Below, piece after piece: positions 10,518-23,346 of a stretch of DNA of 62,000 bases. Numbering within the stretch: position 1 is the first letter of the stretch; each line of letters starts with the position of its first letter. The notes beneath the pieces are model-generated. The model was not told where the DNA came from, did not search any database, and saw only the letters and a list, made by a program, of their open reading frames with translations. Both the position numbers and the translations under genes were made by a program. This DNA comes from Acanthaster planci (lineage: Eukaryota): NCBI RefSeq assembly GCF_001949145.1, contig NW_019091405.1, positions 1,240,001-1,302,000 on the forward strand, written 5' to 3'.

Positions 10518-13500
10518 CTATGACCATTGATACATCTCATTTGCATACCGTTCCGGACTGGTCAGCGGTAGGAGTAGGTAGAGGAAGAGCAACAGTCCAA
10601 CGACGAACGTCGCACAAATGACGGCTCGCTGCAATGGTGTGTGGTTGGGGATCTCGTCAAAGGCCGGAAAACCCATGAAATTGCAGAAAATGTGCACTAT
10701 GATGCAGGCAATCACATGACCTAGGAGGATGGAACATAAGCGTGGGGTTCAGATCATGTGACAAGTCACGTGGCAGGCCATGTTTACCAGTCTTTCCGTC
10801 TGACCCATTATTACAACAACCAAGGGGAAAAACCACACCCTTTTTCTTCTCAGTAGTCGTCAAGAAACAAAACACTCATCAGCATGAAATATACCAATCA
10901 TTAAAGAAGGAAGGGGTCAATTCCGAGGTATTCTTCAGCAAATTTAATCCCCATTTTGATGTTTCCACTCATCAGCCGTGCCTGTGTACACAAATAGCCA
11001 ATTTACACCCCCTTGAAGTTGTTTAAAAAAAACCCATAAATCAGGGGTACAATTAATATTAAAGTAATATTGTAAATCATGGGGGGGGGCATTCCTGAAT
11101 TATCAAAACCACAAATAAAAACAATACTGTTTGTCTCTAGGCAACTGATTTCTATACAGGTCACATAACTGCAGTCATTTCTGAAAGAGAAAATGGCACA
11201 GTTGTACCTTCTGGTACCTTACTGATGCACACAAAGAAAGTAAATAATCTCACCTGTCCGAAGAAATAGAAAGGCTGACAAGGCACCAAAGACGGTCGTG
11301 TAGAAAAACTGGAAAACTGTACGAAAATAAAAATGGTCAATGTAAGATGAGCAAGATGTCTGAGTGGCACACATTAACCCTAACCCTCCTCAATCCTTCA
11401 CCTGTTGGAGGACTGAGGAGTGTTAGGGTTAAGAGAGGTTATGCCTTGGTAGTGTCTCAGAGGTTGGCCTTTGTTATTTATTATTAATATTGTTACAATG
11501 AATGCACAAAAAGTTTACCCTAGTGTATCCCAGAGGAAGAAAGACATAACCTCTTGAGTCACATGCATAAGGTCCAAAGTGGTTGATTTTGGTTTGACAG
11601 TAGTTTCGAAATTTGACTTTTTGCTTTTTTTACCACACATAATGAGGGCGATGGATAGATAATTTAAAACTAAAACCTCATTTAATTGCAAAAGGCTCCA
11701 GATCGACATTATGTTTTCATGGAGTCAATCAAGCCCTTCATGTGCCGGGAGAAAGCAATGTAAGGTGTGCCTTCTTAACATCCTCCAGCGATTTTCGGTG
11801 CAAACCAATTTATTATGGTTGATGAGTCTGGTGCCCATGGGCCTTCCCTGCACACACTGCATGTATTGAGCTGGGAGTTCTGCCCTGATTATGTAAAAAC
11901 ATCGTCTGCTAGTGCTAACAGAAGAGTGTGTCACAGAAATCCCTGATGACCGTGACTCAACAAAGTCAAGCTGCATTGCATTGGCTGCATTTCACTACAA
12001 TTAACCCTAAAAACCTTGCCCTAACCACACAGAATTAAACAGTAGTAAAGTGTTTAATTCTGAGGGGATAGGTCCGGTAGGCCCAATCATCAGAAAATGT
12101 TTGAAAAGGCTTATTACTGGCTGACATGACAAGTACTTTTCACTCATTGTATTCACAGTGATACACAGACAAGAGAAATCTCAAATTCTAATAAATTTGA
12201 ATTATATTCTAACTTCATGTGGACAAGAACAAGAATAAATTTGTCTGTGCGTTCGTTTCCTTCTTTGTCTTCCTCTTTTTAATGAGAATTCCCTCTGAAT
12301 TCTTTTTTGAGAACAAGTAAATCACTTGTTTGAAAGTTCCCAGGGCTAAACATCAAGACTTACTTGCACCAACCCATATTACAAAAGGCCTTCTAGCTCC
12401 TTGCCGTAAACCTTCTATCACATGATGCACGTGTGCTGCAAACAATAAGAAAACCATGCAATAAAGAAAATCAAAATGGCCGAAATGGGGCAATGCGACA
12501 ATTTATGACAATAAATTTGTTGTAATACCAGAGTTTGTTTTTCAAGGCTAGAATCTGGTCAGTTGATGGGGGTAAGGAAGGATTTTTGAAGTGACTGCAT
12601 CTGGTCAGTTGATGGGGGTAAGGAAGGATTTTTGAAGNNNNNNNNNNNNNNNNNNNNNNNNNNNNNNNNNNNNNNNNNNNNNNNNNNNNNNNNNNNNNNN
12701 NNNNNNNNNNNNNNNNNNNNNNNNNNNNNNNNNNNNNNNNNNNNNNNNNNNNNNNNNNNNNNNNNNNNNNNNNNNNNNNNNNNNNNNNNNNNNNNNNNNN
12801 NNNNNNNNNNNNNNNNNNNNNNNNNNNNNNNNNNNNNNNNNNNNNNNNNNNNNNNNNNNNNNNNNNNNNNNNNNNNNNNNNNNNNNNNNNNNNNNNNNNN
12901 NNNNNNNNNNNNNNNNNNNNNNNNNNNNNNNNNNNNNNNNNNNNNNNNNNNNNNNNNNNNNNNNNNNNNNNNNNNNNNNNNNNNNNNNNNNNNNNNNNNN
13001 NNNNNNNNNNNNNNNNNNNNNNNNNNNNNNNNNNNNNNNNNNNNNNNNNNNNNNNNNNNNNNNNNNNNNNNNNNNNNNNNNNNNNNNNNNNNNNNNNNNN
13101 NNNNNNNNNNNNNNNNNNNNNNNNNNNNNNNNNNNNNNNNNNNNNNNNNNNNNNNNNNNNNNNNNNNNNNNNNNNNNNNNNNNNNNNNNNNNNNNNNNNN
13201 NNNNNNNNNNNNNNNNNNNNNNNNNNNNNNNNNNNNNNNNNNNNNNNNNNNNNNNNNNNNNNNNNNNNNNNNNNNNNNNNNNNNNNNNNNNNNNNNNNNN
13301 NNNNNNNNNNNNNNNNNNNNNNNNNNNNNNNNNNNNNNNNNNNNNNNNNNNNNNNNNNNNNNNNNNNNNNNNNNNNNNNNNNNNNNNNNNNNNNNNNNNN
13401 NNNNNNNNNNNNNNNNNNNNNNNNNNNNNNNNNNNNNNNNNNNNNNNNNNNNNNNNNNNNNNNNNNNNNNNNNNNNNNNNNNNNNNNNNNNNNNNNNNNN

Positions 13501-16500
13501 NNNNNNNNNNNNNNNNNNNNNNNNNNNNNNNNNNNNNNNNNNNNNNNNNNNNNNNNNNNNNNNNNNNNNNNNNNNNNNNNNNNNNNNNNNNNNNNNNNNN
13601 NNNNNNNNNNNNNNNNNNNNNNNNNNNNNNNNNNNNNNAAACATCAGGCAATATAATACCAGCATTATTGTATAAAAAAACTCAAACTTACCAAATCTGA
13701 AACTGATGTAAAAAACAAGGATTTATGCAAATCAATAGATCTGAAAAAAGTGGGCTGCTTTTATAAGTGTCAGGCAGGTCTCTTGTTAGTCCCCCAAAGT
13801 ATGGAGTTGGAGCTGAGCCTGAAGTAGTCACAAGTATATATTGTGATCACTGAGGAGTCAGGTTGGCATAGTGCTTCTGGCCTTGCTTTTCACTTCTGCA
13901 GTCCGGGTTTGATTCCCGGCCCAGTCGTGGTTAGGGCTAGCTAGAGTGCTTCAGAGGAATCCTTGGTTCCCTCCTAGAAATGCTTAAAAACTGCATGGCA
14001 TTTTAAGAGGGTAACCTGCTTTCACCACCAAAAAAATTTTGCCCTGCTTAGCCATGCAGCCGAAAAAATTAGCACCTAATTTAATAATGGTTTTATTACC
14101 TACGCCAAAGAAGAGGGGACACACAAAGACGGCTCGGAGGTTTCCGAGGCAAGGCACTAGTAGTGGCAGCATGCAAGCCCTGAAGACAATTTCTTCTGTT
14201 ACTGGCCCCTGGTAGAGCAGACATAAGGGTGGAATGAATCGTGTGCATTTATGGGGAGTCTGGGAACTGGGTACTCTATCAAATAAAACATGGATACCCA
14301 GGCCCCCATAATGGGAATCCATTCCAAACTAACTTCAGACAAAACAAAAAAGAAATGAATAAACAAACTACGTCAGGAATGTCTTTATCGTTACCCCTTC
14401 AATCCTTCATGTCCCAAAATTACAACATTTTGAACATCTACATTGCTAATGATGCTGAATGAGAGCACGCGATTTCAACTGACAATAACCAAAATGGAAA
14501 TGTACTGGGTTTATTAATATCAAAATTTCTCAACAAAAACTCTCAAAACTTTTCATATTTCATGGTCCAAGTGGCTACTGTGTAATACTTAATGTCAGTT
14601 AAAAGTTTCTGGTTACATAACTCAGAACTGGGTAAGACATGAACAGTTAGGTAAACTGGTACATGAAGAATAAATCCTAATAACATAGAAAACCCTTGCC
14701 AAATGAGACCTGCTACCACAAAATGAGCATCAAGTCACACAGTACTGTTTTGCTGTAAGGTGGGCCAAAGTCAAAATTCAAAGGGGTGGTTGATTTTTGC
14801 TTTTTTTATAATTTTTGTTTTAATCTACACATCACTCTCTGCCCATTCTATAGTTTTGGGGCAATTCTGCAATCAGAAAAGAATATTTTCAGCCCATTTT
14901 TGTTGTGGTGACCGTTCTCATCTTCAGAACTCTTGAAACAAAGACGCAGACAATGACAAAACATGAAGAATTAGATTGGTGCTTTCACCCTGTTCACCCA
15001 CACCTTCCCAGTCCTACAACCCACATAATTTGGGTATCGTCTGAAAGCTTACACTACGGCCAGCTTTATTTTTAGCACATGTTTTCAGGAATTGTTGTTC
15101 AACGTGCATTACTCTGTGTGATTTCTTTATACACATCTTTGAAGCCTCTTTTCTAGGAAGCTATTCTGTAAAATGTATGCAGACTCAACACATTTCCAAG
15201 GCTCATATGACAGAAGTTGGGGTTGTACATCTATAAATTATATATCATTAAAAAGCTCTTTTATTGCAGATTTCAAAAATACCTAAAGCTCAAATTTGAA
15301 AAAATCTGAGTATATGCTCATTTTGTTGTAGCAGGTCTCAAATAAGGAACCCCAAATCTACCACTACGCAGCGAACCATGGCAGTGTTCACTGAAGTTAA
15401 AATGAAGTTTGGACACCAATCCTGGCCAAAGTAAGGTGAACCATTGATGCAGCATTAAAGTATTCACAACAAAGTACAGGATTTAGTTTGATTTGGGTAA
15501 GTTGGATCCAAGGCGTGATACTGCCAACCATTACACTGCACCACTGATAACTTAGGATAGATGTGGTCAGTTCGAAAAGTAGAATTTCCAACTGGGGGTG
15601 AGAATTAAATAGAAATTGTTTGAGAGAAAAAAAGAAAAGGACAAAAAGACAAATCTACCATGAATATTTCCATCCACCACATTGTGTGCAAATATTTAGA
15701 GAAAAAAGTTGGCAGCATGAGGCAAAGTACCAGTTCCAAAATGGCAGCTTACATACAACAAGTTTCAGGAATGTGAATGGAAAGAGGGATTTTGACTTGA
15801 AATTTAAGGTACATGGGAAAAGTTCACATACAGGCAGGGTGCCAGAATGTTAATTTGAAAAAAAAATGCAATAATGTTATCAGAGAACATATAGCCTTAA
15901 AGTTCACAACGGTGGGCACAGTTTAACCAAAGCTTGAATAAATTAGACTGAGGCTTGGCACCAAAAAGTGGGCATCATTTGAATGACAACTTTAAAACAA
16001 GCCTGTAGGGAAGTGAGAGATAAAATTTGTTCCACTCGGTCAAAATGCAATGCCAGTGATCTATACAAGGCTTGTCCATGGAAACAAAGTAGCAATCAAG
16101 TTCCCTCGTTAAATGACCATAGCGAAGCACACACGTACACTGGTCAACTAGCACCACAAATCAAGCAAAGGGACACGCAAGCTACTCAACAAATGGCTCG
16201 CAAATGGCTCAAAAGGCATGCGCCAGTCAACTTACCACAATGTAGTTTCGTACAGCGATGGCCATGCCCTTTGACCTAGCCAACCACTCCCTGGGTAACA
16301 GCACAACTACAGAATAAGAGCAAACATATTGTGCAACCAACTTAGTAATATGGGCAAATAATTACCACTGACCTCATCAGCATACATAGGCTACAGTTTT
16401 TGAAGATTTTAGGCAGGGCACGTTCCCCCATATTTGAATACAAGAGCTTGTCAAAACTTCAGTAATATAAATGCACAAAAACTTAACAGCATATTAGGCA

Positions 16501-19389
16501 TAAGAGGAGAAAAGTGTGTCTGTATTAACTAGTGAATACACAGCTTATAGCCCAGACCTGCCAACTTACCAGGAGACAATTGTCTGGTATCGCTTATCAA
16601 CAGCATGTACAGTGGACCTAAAAATAGAACCTGTGATGACAAAATATCAGAAATAGTCCAAGGATAAATATAATTTGAAAAGTCATCCAAAAACTTAAAA
16701 AATAACGCTTTAGTGTTCTATTTCTGTGATACAGCAGCGACACACGCATGTAGATGTAACATGACTAAAACTTATACATGTATGTACTCATGACATAAAT
16801 GGACAATGAGGTAAAGGTTTGTCCGAATCTTTTTCTGAAACTTATGGAAGTCATCAGCCACACTTAGCACCTATCCAGTTCGTTAGTAGCAGGCACAAGT
16901 TCCACTAATTATGAGTAATGCCGGTCAGTGATGGCTGGCGCCGGACGGCATTCCACATCATCTACCTGCACTTGGGATTAAAAATGAAGCTTGCCGGCAA
17001 GATTTGGCTGCATTAAACCGGTATGGGGATTTTGAAGTTTTACAAAATGAAGTTTTAAAAATAAAGCTTAGAAAGTACTGACATATAGGTTTATCTGTAT
17101 TTCTTCCTTTTTTAAAAGTTTAAATGGTGCACACATGTGCCTGGTTTGTCGTCATTCCTGCAGATGAACTAAACATTTCTAGCTACAACCCTGCCCATGG
17201 GCTAATACAACAAGTTTGTACTGTGTCCAGTTCCAACAGCTTTATTGCAACACCATGTAAATGGGTGCTGTTTAAGTTACAATGACGTCACATGAATGAA
17301 CCACATTCCCTAGACTCTTGTATCACTGCCAACAGCAGCCAAGCCAGTTGCATGCAGCCTACTTAATTCTTGGCACTTCATGTGTAGTACCCAGACTCAC
17401 ATACCATGGTAAGCAACAGTGGTACGGAGAGAGATGTAATGAGACCGGCCTGCCGAACTCCAAGATGCTGCCAAATTGTGTAGCCCTGTGGGTGTAACGA
17501 AACCAGCAAATTTGATACGTTTGGGCATGGGGGGTTGACAATGGGCGAGCAGCATCAAGCTGAAAAATTGAAATGTTTGTTGAATGCTGACACAGATGGA
17601 TAATCCTGTCAAATCCTGAGTAAAAAAAAATCACCAAAACAACATCACCAGAAGAAAACATACACCCCCAAAAATCAACTCTGAACAAGAGCCTTCCATC
17701 TCCTTTCAACAAACTGAGGCTCACTGAACATTCCCCTTCATTTTCAAATCCTTTTTGGTACAAAAACATGAAATGGAAAATTGTTCAGAGCTACTTTTAC
17801 AATTCGGGGGTACTTGCAAATAACATGACACGTAGCAAATTGGTAGTCTGTCAAACACGGCAGAGATGCAGCATCCAATGGTTGGTTTCCACGGTTACCT
17901 TTACGTCCTTTGCCTGGTGTGCCTGAGTCAGAATGCAGACAGGGGCGAGGAGCGTTACTATGGCAGCACTCAGGCTCCGCCTCTTAATAGTGCTGGGGTC
18001 ATCCCTGAAGACCAATAAAACAAGAAATGAAAGGTGAACAAATTTTTGCAAACTCGTCAAAAATGAAATCAATTGATGCAATTGTGTCTCTTATTTAGAG
18101 CTGTCTGGACCCACTCACGAAGATGAATCCAGGTACAAAATCGAGTATAAGATCCATTTTGTTACCGGGTAGTTTGTTAGTTGCTGCTTTCAATGCTACA
18201 GACTGATGCAGTAATGGCCCTGATAGTGTCTTATCATCAGTTGATTCTATACGAAATCTCTGACTTCAATTCCCTTTTAGAAACGATCCTCTGCCACTGT
18301 TAATTAAAAAGAAAAGACCATTTGTCCAGTGGCCCCTCACCGACTTTTTTGAGCGGGGTGCATGCCCCCCCTCACTTTTTGCAGGTTCCATAATGGGGTG
18401 GGGCTCGATGGATCAGTCTATTAATGGCTGATGTCTGATGGTCTCACAACTGTCCCCCCCTCATTGAAAATCGTTGGACCGCTGTTACCAGAATAACCAG
18501 CAAATTGTGCAATTAGAATCAGATAAACTGATGGCACAAAGATCAGATGATCACATAAATTGCTGGCTGCGCCCAACATCTGCAGCTCTAGCATGTCTAG
18601 TCTGTATAAGACTACCCTAACTTCACCTCAGTTGGGGTGTCTATGTACATGTATGTGTAATGTGCTTGTTACAACCTAGCCCAGGTAGACTTCCTGACCA
18701 TACTACATAATGTAATGAAGACTGGCATCCAGCCTGGGCTAGTTACAACCCAACTACAGTATCTGTCCCAACTTGGGACAACTCCAACTATGCCTGCACT
18801 GAGGCTACAGTGCTGCAATTGGGCTGGCCCAACTAGGCCTGCCTACAGTTGGTAAATTTCTACAGAAAATTACTCGACTTTTTCAAGTTTATGCAGCTAA
18901 AACACTGTCACTCCTGACATAATTCATCTTAAAGAGCTATACCAGGCTATGCTATACCAACTTGGCAGGCCTAATGACTGTACAAGTTTGTAAAAACAGT
19001 TCAAACGTTCTGGAAATTGGGCCGGCTAAGCTAAGGCCTAGGTAATCACTACAACTGGGACGGTCCCGGTCTCAAACGGTCCCAACTACAGTTGGGACTG
19101 ACGCTTCAATTGGGGCATAACAACCTCACACTGGATGTACAGGGACTGCAGCATGCCAATAATGCTATAACAATAATACGGGCTAGAAACTGCACGCAGA
19201 GCTGTCTTCATGGTCATGCCTCCCTCCTCATACCGTTACATTCTGACGTTACACCCACCTTGGGAGATTTGTTCGCCAAATGTACAGACTGCCCACATAA
19301 GTGATCGCTAAAAGTAAGCAAGTCAGGACTGCTTTCATTGACGAACCGCACTGGAATATCAGCTGGTCTTTGCCGGGGCTCCCGAACAT
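10518..19389 (-). CDS. RCE1: CAAX prenyl protease 2 (Ras-converting enzyme 1), 9 exons, 298 aa
   Basis: Exons: 19389-19259, 18004-17899, 17485-17405, 16630-16570, 16306-16236, 14208-14100, 12435-12364, 11316-11254, 10720-10518. All introns are GT-AG, phases are consistent, total 897 nt. Peptides: [98 protein letters not shown]. The family catalytic EExxxR, H and HxxxN motifs are present. Confidence 0.95.
11378..11428. mobile_element. 51-bp palindromic micro-MITE flanked by TTAA (piggyBac-like)
   Basis: TTAA|CCCTAACCCTCCTCAATCCTTCACCTGTTGGAGGACTGAGGAGTGTTAGGG|TTAA. A near-identical copy lies at 39891-39941. Confidence 0.75.
12553..12637. repeat. 46-bp tandem repeat running into an assembly gap
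   Basis: ATCTGGTCAGTTGATGGGGGTAAGGAAGGATTTTTGAAG occurs twice immediately before the Ns. Confidence 0.8.
13852..14000 (+). mobile_element. degenerate tRNA-derived SINE
   Basis: A-box-like TGGCATAGTG and B-box-like GGTTTGATTCCCGGCC, followed by a GGTTCCCTCCT segment resembling the core of the SINE at 21651. Confidence 0.45.
14705..15339. mobile_element. non-autonomous DNA transposon, Sola-like (GAG...CTC termini, 4-bp AAAT TSD)
   Basis: 26-bp terminal inverted repeat (TIR) GAGACCTGCTACCACAAAATGAGCAT / ATGCTCATTTTGTTGTAGCAGGTCTC with 1 mismatch. AAAT is directly repeated at 14701-14704 and 15340-15343. Confidence 0.75.
18742..19122. mobile_element. MITE of the CCCAACTACAGTTGGG family (RCE1 intron 1)
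   Basis: Ends GTTACAACCCAACTA and TTGGGGCATAAC. Internal CCCAACTACAG/TTGGG repeats are shared with 25140-25499. Confidence 0.6.
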
Positions 19390-19848
19390 TTTAGCTGAAA
19401 TTTCCCACAAACTTCAGCGGCAAGTCACGCCAATGCGTAGCTTCGTTAAAGCGCAAACTTGCGGTAACAGGGCGCGCAAATTTCACTGGCCAATGTTTGT
19501 GCGCGCTATTTGCAATTTGCGCAAATTAATTTTTCTTCATGAATTCATTATTTTAGGCCCCAAAAGGTAGTCGTTTCAGAGTACAATCTTGATCGATTGA
19601 TAATCTTTGCTGAAGTTGCTCAGGTGCAGAATTTTCACATTTTATACCTTGCACTTTCTTACACAACAAATAACGCTGGAGACTACGGAATCGGTCTTAG
19701 TTTTTTCTCTCTCTCTTTCTATGTCACGGAAACGGTCTTAGTTACGGCCACACACTTATTCATAAACGTAATTCTTGGCGTAGGACTTCGTACTCAAGTT
19801 GATAGGCTACCGACAGGTACATGATACTTTTAAAAGAGTATTACGCCA

Positions 19849-20139
19849 TAGTGGTGTATCCAGCTTTTGGTGGGGGGGGGGCGATTGTGGCTTTGGACTC
19901 CTTCAACATGATGTTGGGATAGAAAAAAAATCAAAAGCCTCACTCACGCCGTCCCGACATCTTTGCTTTTATTTGCTTGTGTTGCTTTCTTGGAGTTTTG
20001 GTGCTAATGTATTTGATAAATTTATCGATTACTTTCTTTCCTACTCACCAATGAAGTATTCTTTGTAAAAAAAAAAGAGAGAGAGAGAAAAAGAACGGAA
20101 ATCCCGTCAGGGTGATGCCCCCCGCTGGACGCGCCACTA
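19849..20139. mobile_element. MITE with TAGTGG...CCACTA TIR (hAT-like termini)
   Basis: TAGTGGTGTATCCAGC versus GCTGGACGCGCCACTA; 16 bp with 3 mismatches. Confidence 0.45.
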
Positions 20140-21364
20140 ATATTGGTTAATTTGAGCTAAATTACTCCTAATTATGAGTGATTTCATGACAATAACTGGC
20201 TTAGTAATGCAAAGAATAATACAACGTATTTCAAATGTAGAAAGTTGTTGAAAGGCAATACTTCTCGCAGTTTTACAACTAGGGAAACTTCTCTTATGAT
20301 TATCTCGAAAATGTAGGCCTATAGTACTCGTAAAATTCGATATGCCCGTCCCTTCTTGAAAACGGTGCACTATATGATCAGAGTCAATCAGAAGTCGTCC
20401 CACGTGACACAGGGGCGATGGAGGGGGTAACAGTGACTATGCCCCCTGCAAAAAGCCCTATAGCCAAAAAAATGTTTTCCCCCCTTCCTTCAAAAAGTTA
20501 GAACTCCAAAATGTAGTCCTTATCCCTTAGAAAGGCCGTAAAAGGATACAAATATTTTTCCCATCCCCGAAAACAAACGGACAACACTGCCATACCTGCC
20601 TTATATTCCAATTGACCACACCCCGTTAATAACAGATCCGGCCCTGAATTCCCGGAGACGTAGCGCACTTCGGCGTTTCCTGGTCCCTCGATTTTCCTTT
20701 TTTTGGGGGGGGAAGCTTCAAAATTACAATTAAATACTTGTACTATTATCTTCCTAATACGTGCAGTTGAATCTTTGTGAATTTGTGTCATGGAATTCAG
20801 TTCAAAACTCACAAACGGTGGTAAGCCCCTAGTTGGAAATCGCGCATACTAACAAATTCTGCAGAGTGTTCGTGCTGTGACTCACTTTAATCTCCGTAAA
20901 TCCCACATTAACATAAAAGTCCAAAATTGATAAATTCCAGGAAACCCCATTACACCCTCCCTAATTACTTAATAAACCAATAATAATATAACTAACAGCA
21001 AGATTTTAAGAACGTTGTTTTTTTAAATTTTGGGATGCATTTTTAAAGTCTTTTTTGTTTTGCACTTCCAAAAAAAATTGGATATAGGCCCAATCGGTCC
21101 AATTAAAATTCCTTGGAACTTTGTAGAGGGTATGCAAACTTAAGATTTATGAATTAGAAAGTTAAGAGCTTACTTAGTCTCACTTAGTGTGAAATTTGAG
21201 ATAAAAATATTGCTCCCTCAAGGCGTTGGAGGAAATAAATCAAAGCGCGTAATCCCAACTGCTCGATATTCCCCGTTCCAGGACTCAGCGGACAATCTCC
21301 GATCCCATTGGCCGCGTAAGGGTTATTTATGCCGGTACTTGTCTATAAATTTGTGTTGTTTTCA

Positions 21365-21523
21365 AGATGTATTTTTGCGTTGGGGAGATGTTAATTTATG
21401 TAATGGGTTTTGCCCTTACCCAACGTATATATAAACACTGTACATGTATGCTCAGTGCTTGTCCGAGAGCTTGCGAAAAAGTCACAAGCTTACTCAGGTG
21501 GGACTCAAACCCACGACCTCCTG
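21365..21523 (-). mobile_element. tRNA-related interspersed repeat
   Basis: High identity to 40293-40447. The minus strand carries B-box-like GGTTTGAGTCCC. Confidence 0.8.
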
Positions 21524-21650
21524 CCTACATCTTATCCATTTCAGTGTTTCGTAAATCAGACATGGTTAGTCTTTGGACTTGTCGTATAACCGTATTACCT
21601 TGGAGGTATAGAAAAGAATAAATATATGGGGCCAAACCACGTTAGGATCA

Positions 21651-21932
21651 GGGGAGCGGGTTAGCGTAGCGGTTCTTTCCTCGCTTTGCACCAATGAGGC
21701 CCGGGTTCGAGCCCTGGCTTAGCCCAGGCTTTCAGTGCATTCGGTTTCCGGTCCATACTCGCTCTCGAAGGTTTTCTCCGGGTACTCCGGTTTCCTCCTG
21801 CCTCTAAAACTTGGACCTTCTTCCTAACTCCGTAATGTGATGCTGATTAATAAAGTGTATGAATAAACGTACAGTTTTTGGCGCAAATAGCCTGAGATGC
21901 TAAAAACGCCATTAAAATAAAACAACAACAAC
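21651..21932 (+). mobile_element. tRNA-derived SINE with conserved central core
   Basis: A box TAGCGTAGCGG, B box GGTTCGAGCCC, core GGTTTTCTCCGGGTACTCCGGTTTCCTCC (typical of V/Meta-type SINE cores), and an (ACA)n tail. A second copy starts at 23347. Confidence 0.85.
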
Positions 21933-22066
21933 AGCTTTCAAATCCACGAGCCATCGCACCTGGACAATCATGACAATAAGTTGGTTTGCATGTAAAAGGA
22001 ACTGCGCATGCGCTGTTCAGTATCGTTGCTTTGCCTACCGCGCAAGTTTCAAACACCAAAACACAA

Positions 22067-22084
22067 CCACCATGACAAGGTTAG
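22067..22084 (+). promoter_or_regulatory. snRNA proximal sequence element (PSE) candidate
   Basis: CCACCATGACAAGGTTAG sits at about -61 to -44 of U1 and resembles the metazoan PSE (TCACCNTNA...). GTTTGCAT (octamer-like) and TGCGCATGCGC (22003-22013) lie upstream. Confidence 0.6.
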
Positions 22085-22127
22085 ATACCCCTAGACGCTA
22101 AATGGCCCTAACGTTTCCTGTGAAGTC

Positions 22128-22288
22128 ATACTTACCTGGCTCAGGAGATACCGTGATCAAGAAGGCGGCTCTCCCAAGGCGAGGCCTAGCCATTGCACTC
22201 GGGCGGGTTGACCCTTGCGATTCCCCCAAACGTGGGGAACTCGGGAGTACAATTTCTGATAGTGGGGACTGCGTTCGCGCTCTCCCCG
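22128..22288 (+). ncRNA. RNU1: U1 spliceosomal snRNA
   Basis: 5' end ATACTTACCTGG. SL1 loop GATCAAGAAG. SL2 U1A loop ATTGCAC. SL3 CGATTCCCC-CAAACGT-GGGGAACTCG. Helix H GCTC/GAGT is compensated. Sm site AATTTCTG. SL4 TGGGGACTGCGTTCGCGCTCTCCCCG. Confidence 0.97.
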
Positions 22289-22891
22289 TACAATCAATCT
22301 AAAGAAAGGACTGTAGAAAAATTGCACAAAGGTCGGTATGAATTTAAGTGATTGTGAATGACTTTGTGTTGAGCACGTGGCAGCGGAATTTGTGTGAAAA
22401 TCATATTCACATTTTATTATAATGATTGCAATCACTTTGATTTGTTCTTGTTGCCTTTAACATTTGGCACTCGATCTTGATACAAGCATAGAGGCCAGCT
22501 CATTTGCTTGCCGCGAAAACTGAGAGCAGATCGAATATTCGCAAAAGTTAAACACATTTCAACTCGAAGCAAAATTTTACTTCAAATCTGTCGTGATGTC
22601 AAGTTCGCTTTCGCGTTCGCCTGCAGTATGAATCGGCCCTTACATCCAGACCTTTAACGTTAAACATGGAAAAGATGTCTCCCACCGCCGTCGGCGGGGG
22701 TGCCGCTAAAGTGATCGAGGAGACCAGCCGTAAGACTGGGCTTTCCAGGACAAGTTTGCGAATCCCAATCAAATACATGGAGTCGTAGTTGCTGTCATCA
22801 GCGATCGTTTGGCCACTGGGGAGCGCCTGCAACCATTTTCTAGAGATAATCCCGACCACCAAAAAATTTGATTCGGATTTGGGCAGCGCTC

Positions 22892-22980
22892 GAAACGGGC
22901 TTCCAGAGCTACGCGGCTACGTCTATTTTCAGCACGTCCCCCGCGTGTTTACAATGGAGCGAAGACCTGGACGTAGCTCT
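22892..22980. repeat. short hairpin-type interspersed repeat (AGAGCTA...TAGCTCT)
   Basis: Similar copies at 39029-39114 (reverse) and 50156-50241. Confidence 0.65.
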
Positions 22981-23346
22981 ATAGGCAACTACTTATGTGA
23001 AAGCTGAAATGTTAGTTCCAAGTGAAATGTCTGTTTCATTTCGCTTCCTTCATACCTGCATATTCCCCCCATCTACATAGCCTCAACGCTCTGAAAAGCA
23101 ATGCAAGGTTACATGAAAAAAAATCAATTCTGCGTCCCCCCGAAAAAAAGGTTTGCCTTCTCTTCCCCAAAAATTTGCTTCTTGGGCTGTCCTTGCCAAA
23201 GTTCCATTTCTAAGTGAATTTCCATATCCTTAAAAGAGCCCAAAGAGTAATACCTCCCGAATTCTAAAATTGTAATGGTTTCTATCAGTATTTTTGAAAG
23301 GATGCTGAACACGGATATCTCTTGGAGCCCACTTGCTTTCAAATCG

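Noticed and set aside
22666..22788. 40-codon ORF MEKMSPTAVGGGAAKVIEETSRKTGLSRTSL, faintly HTH/transposase-like
   Set aside because: Too short, with no flanking transposase sequence or splice support.
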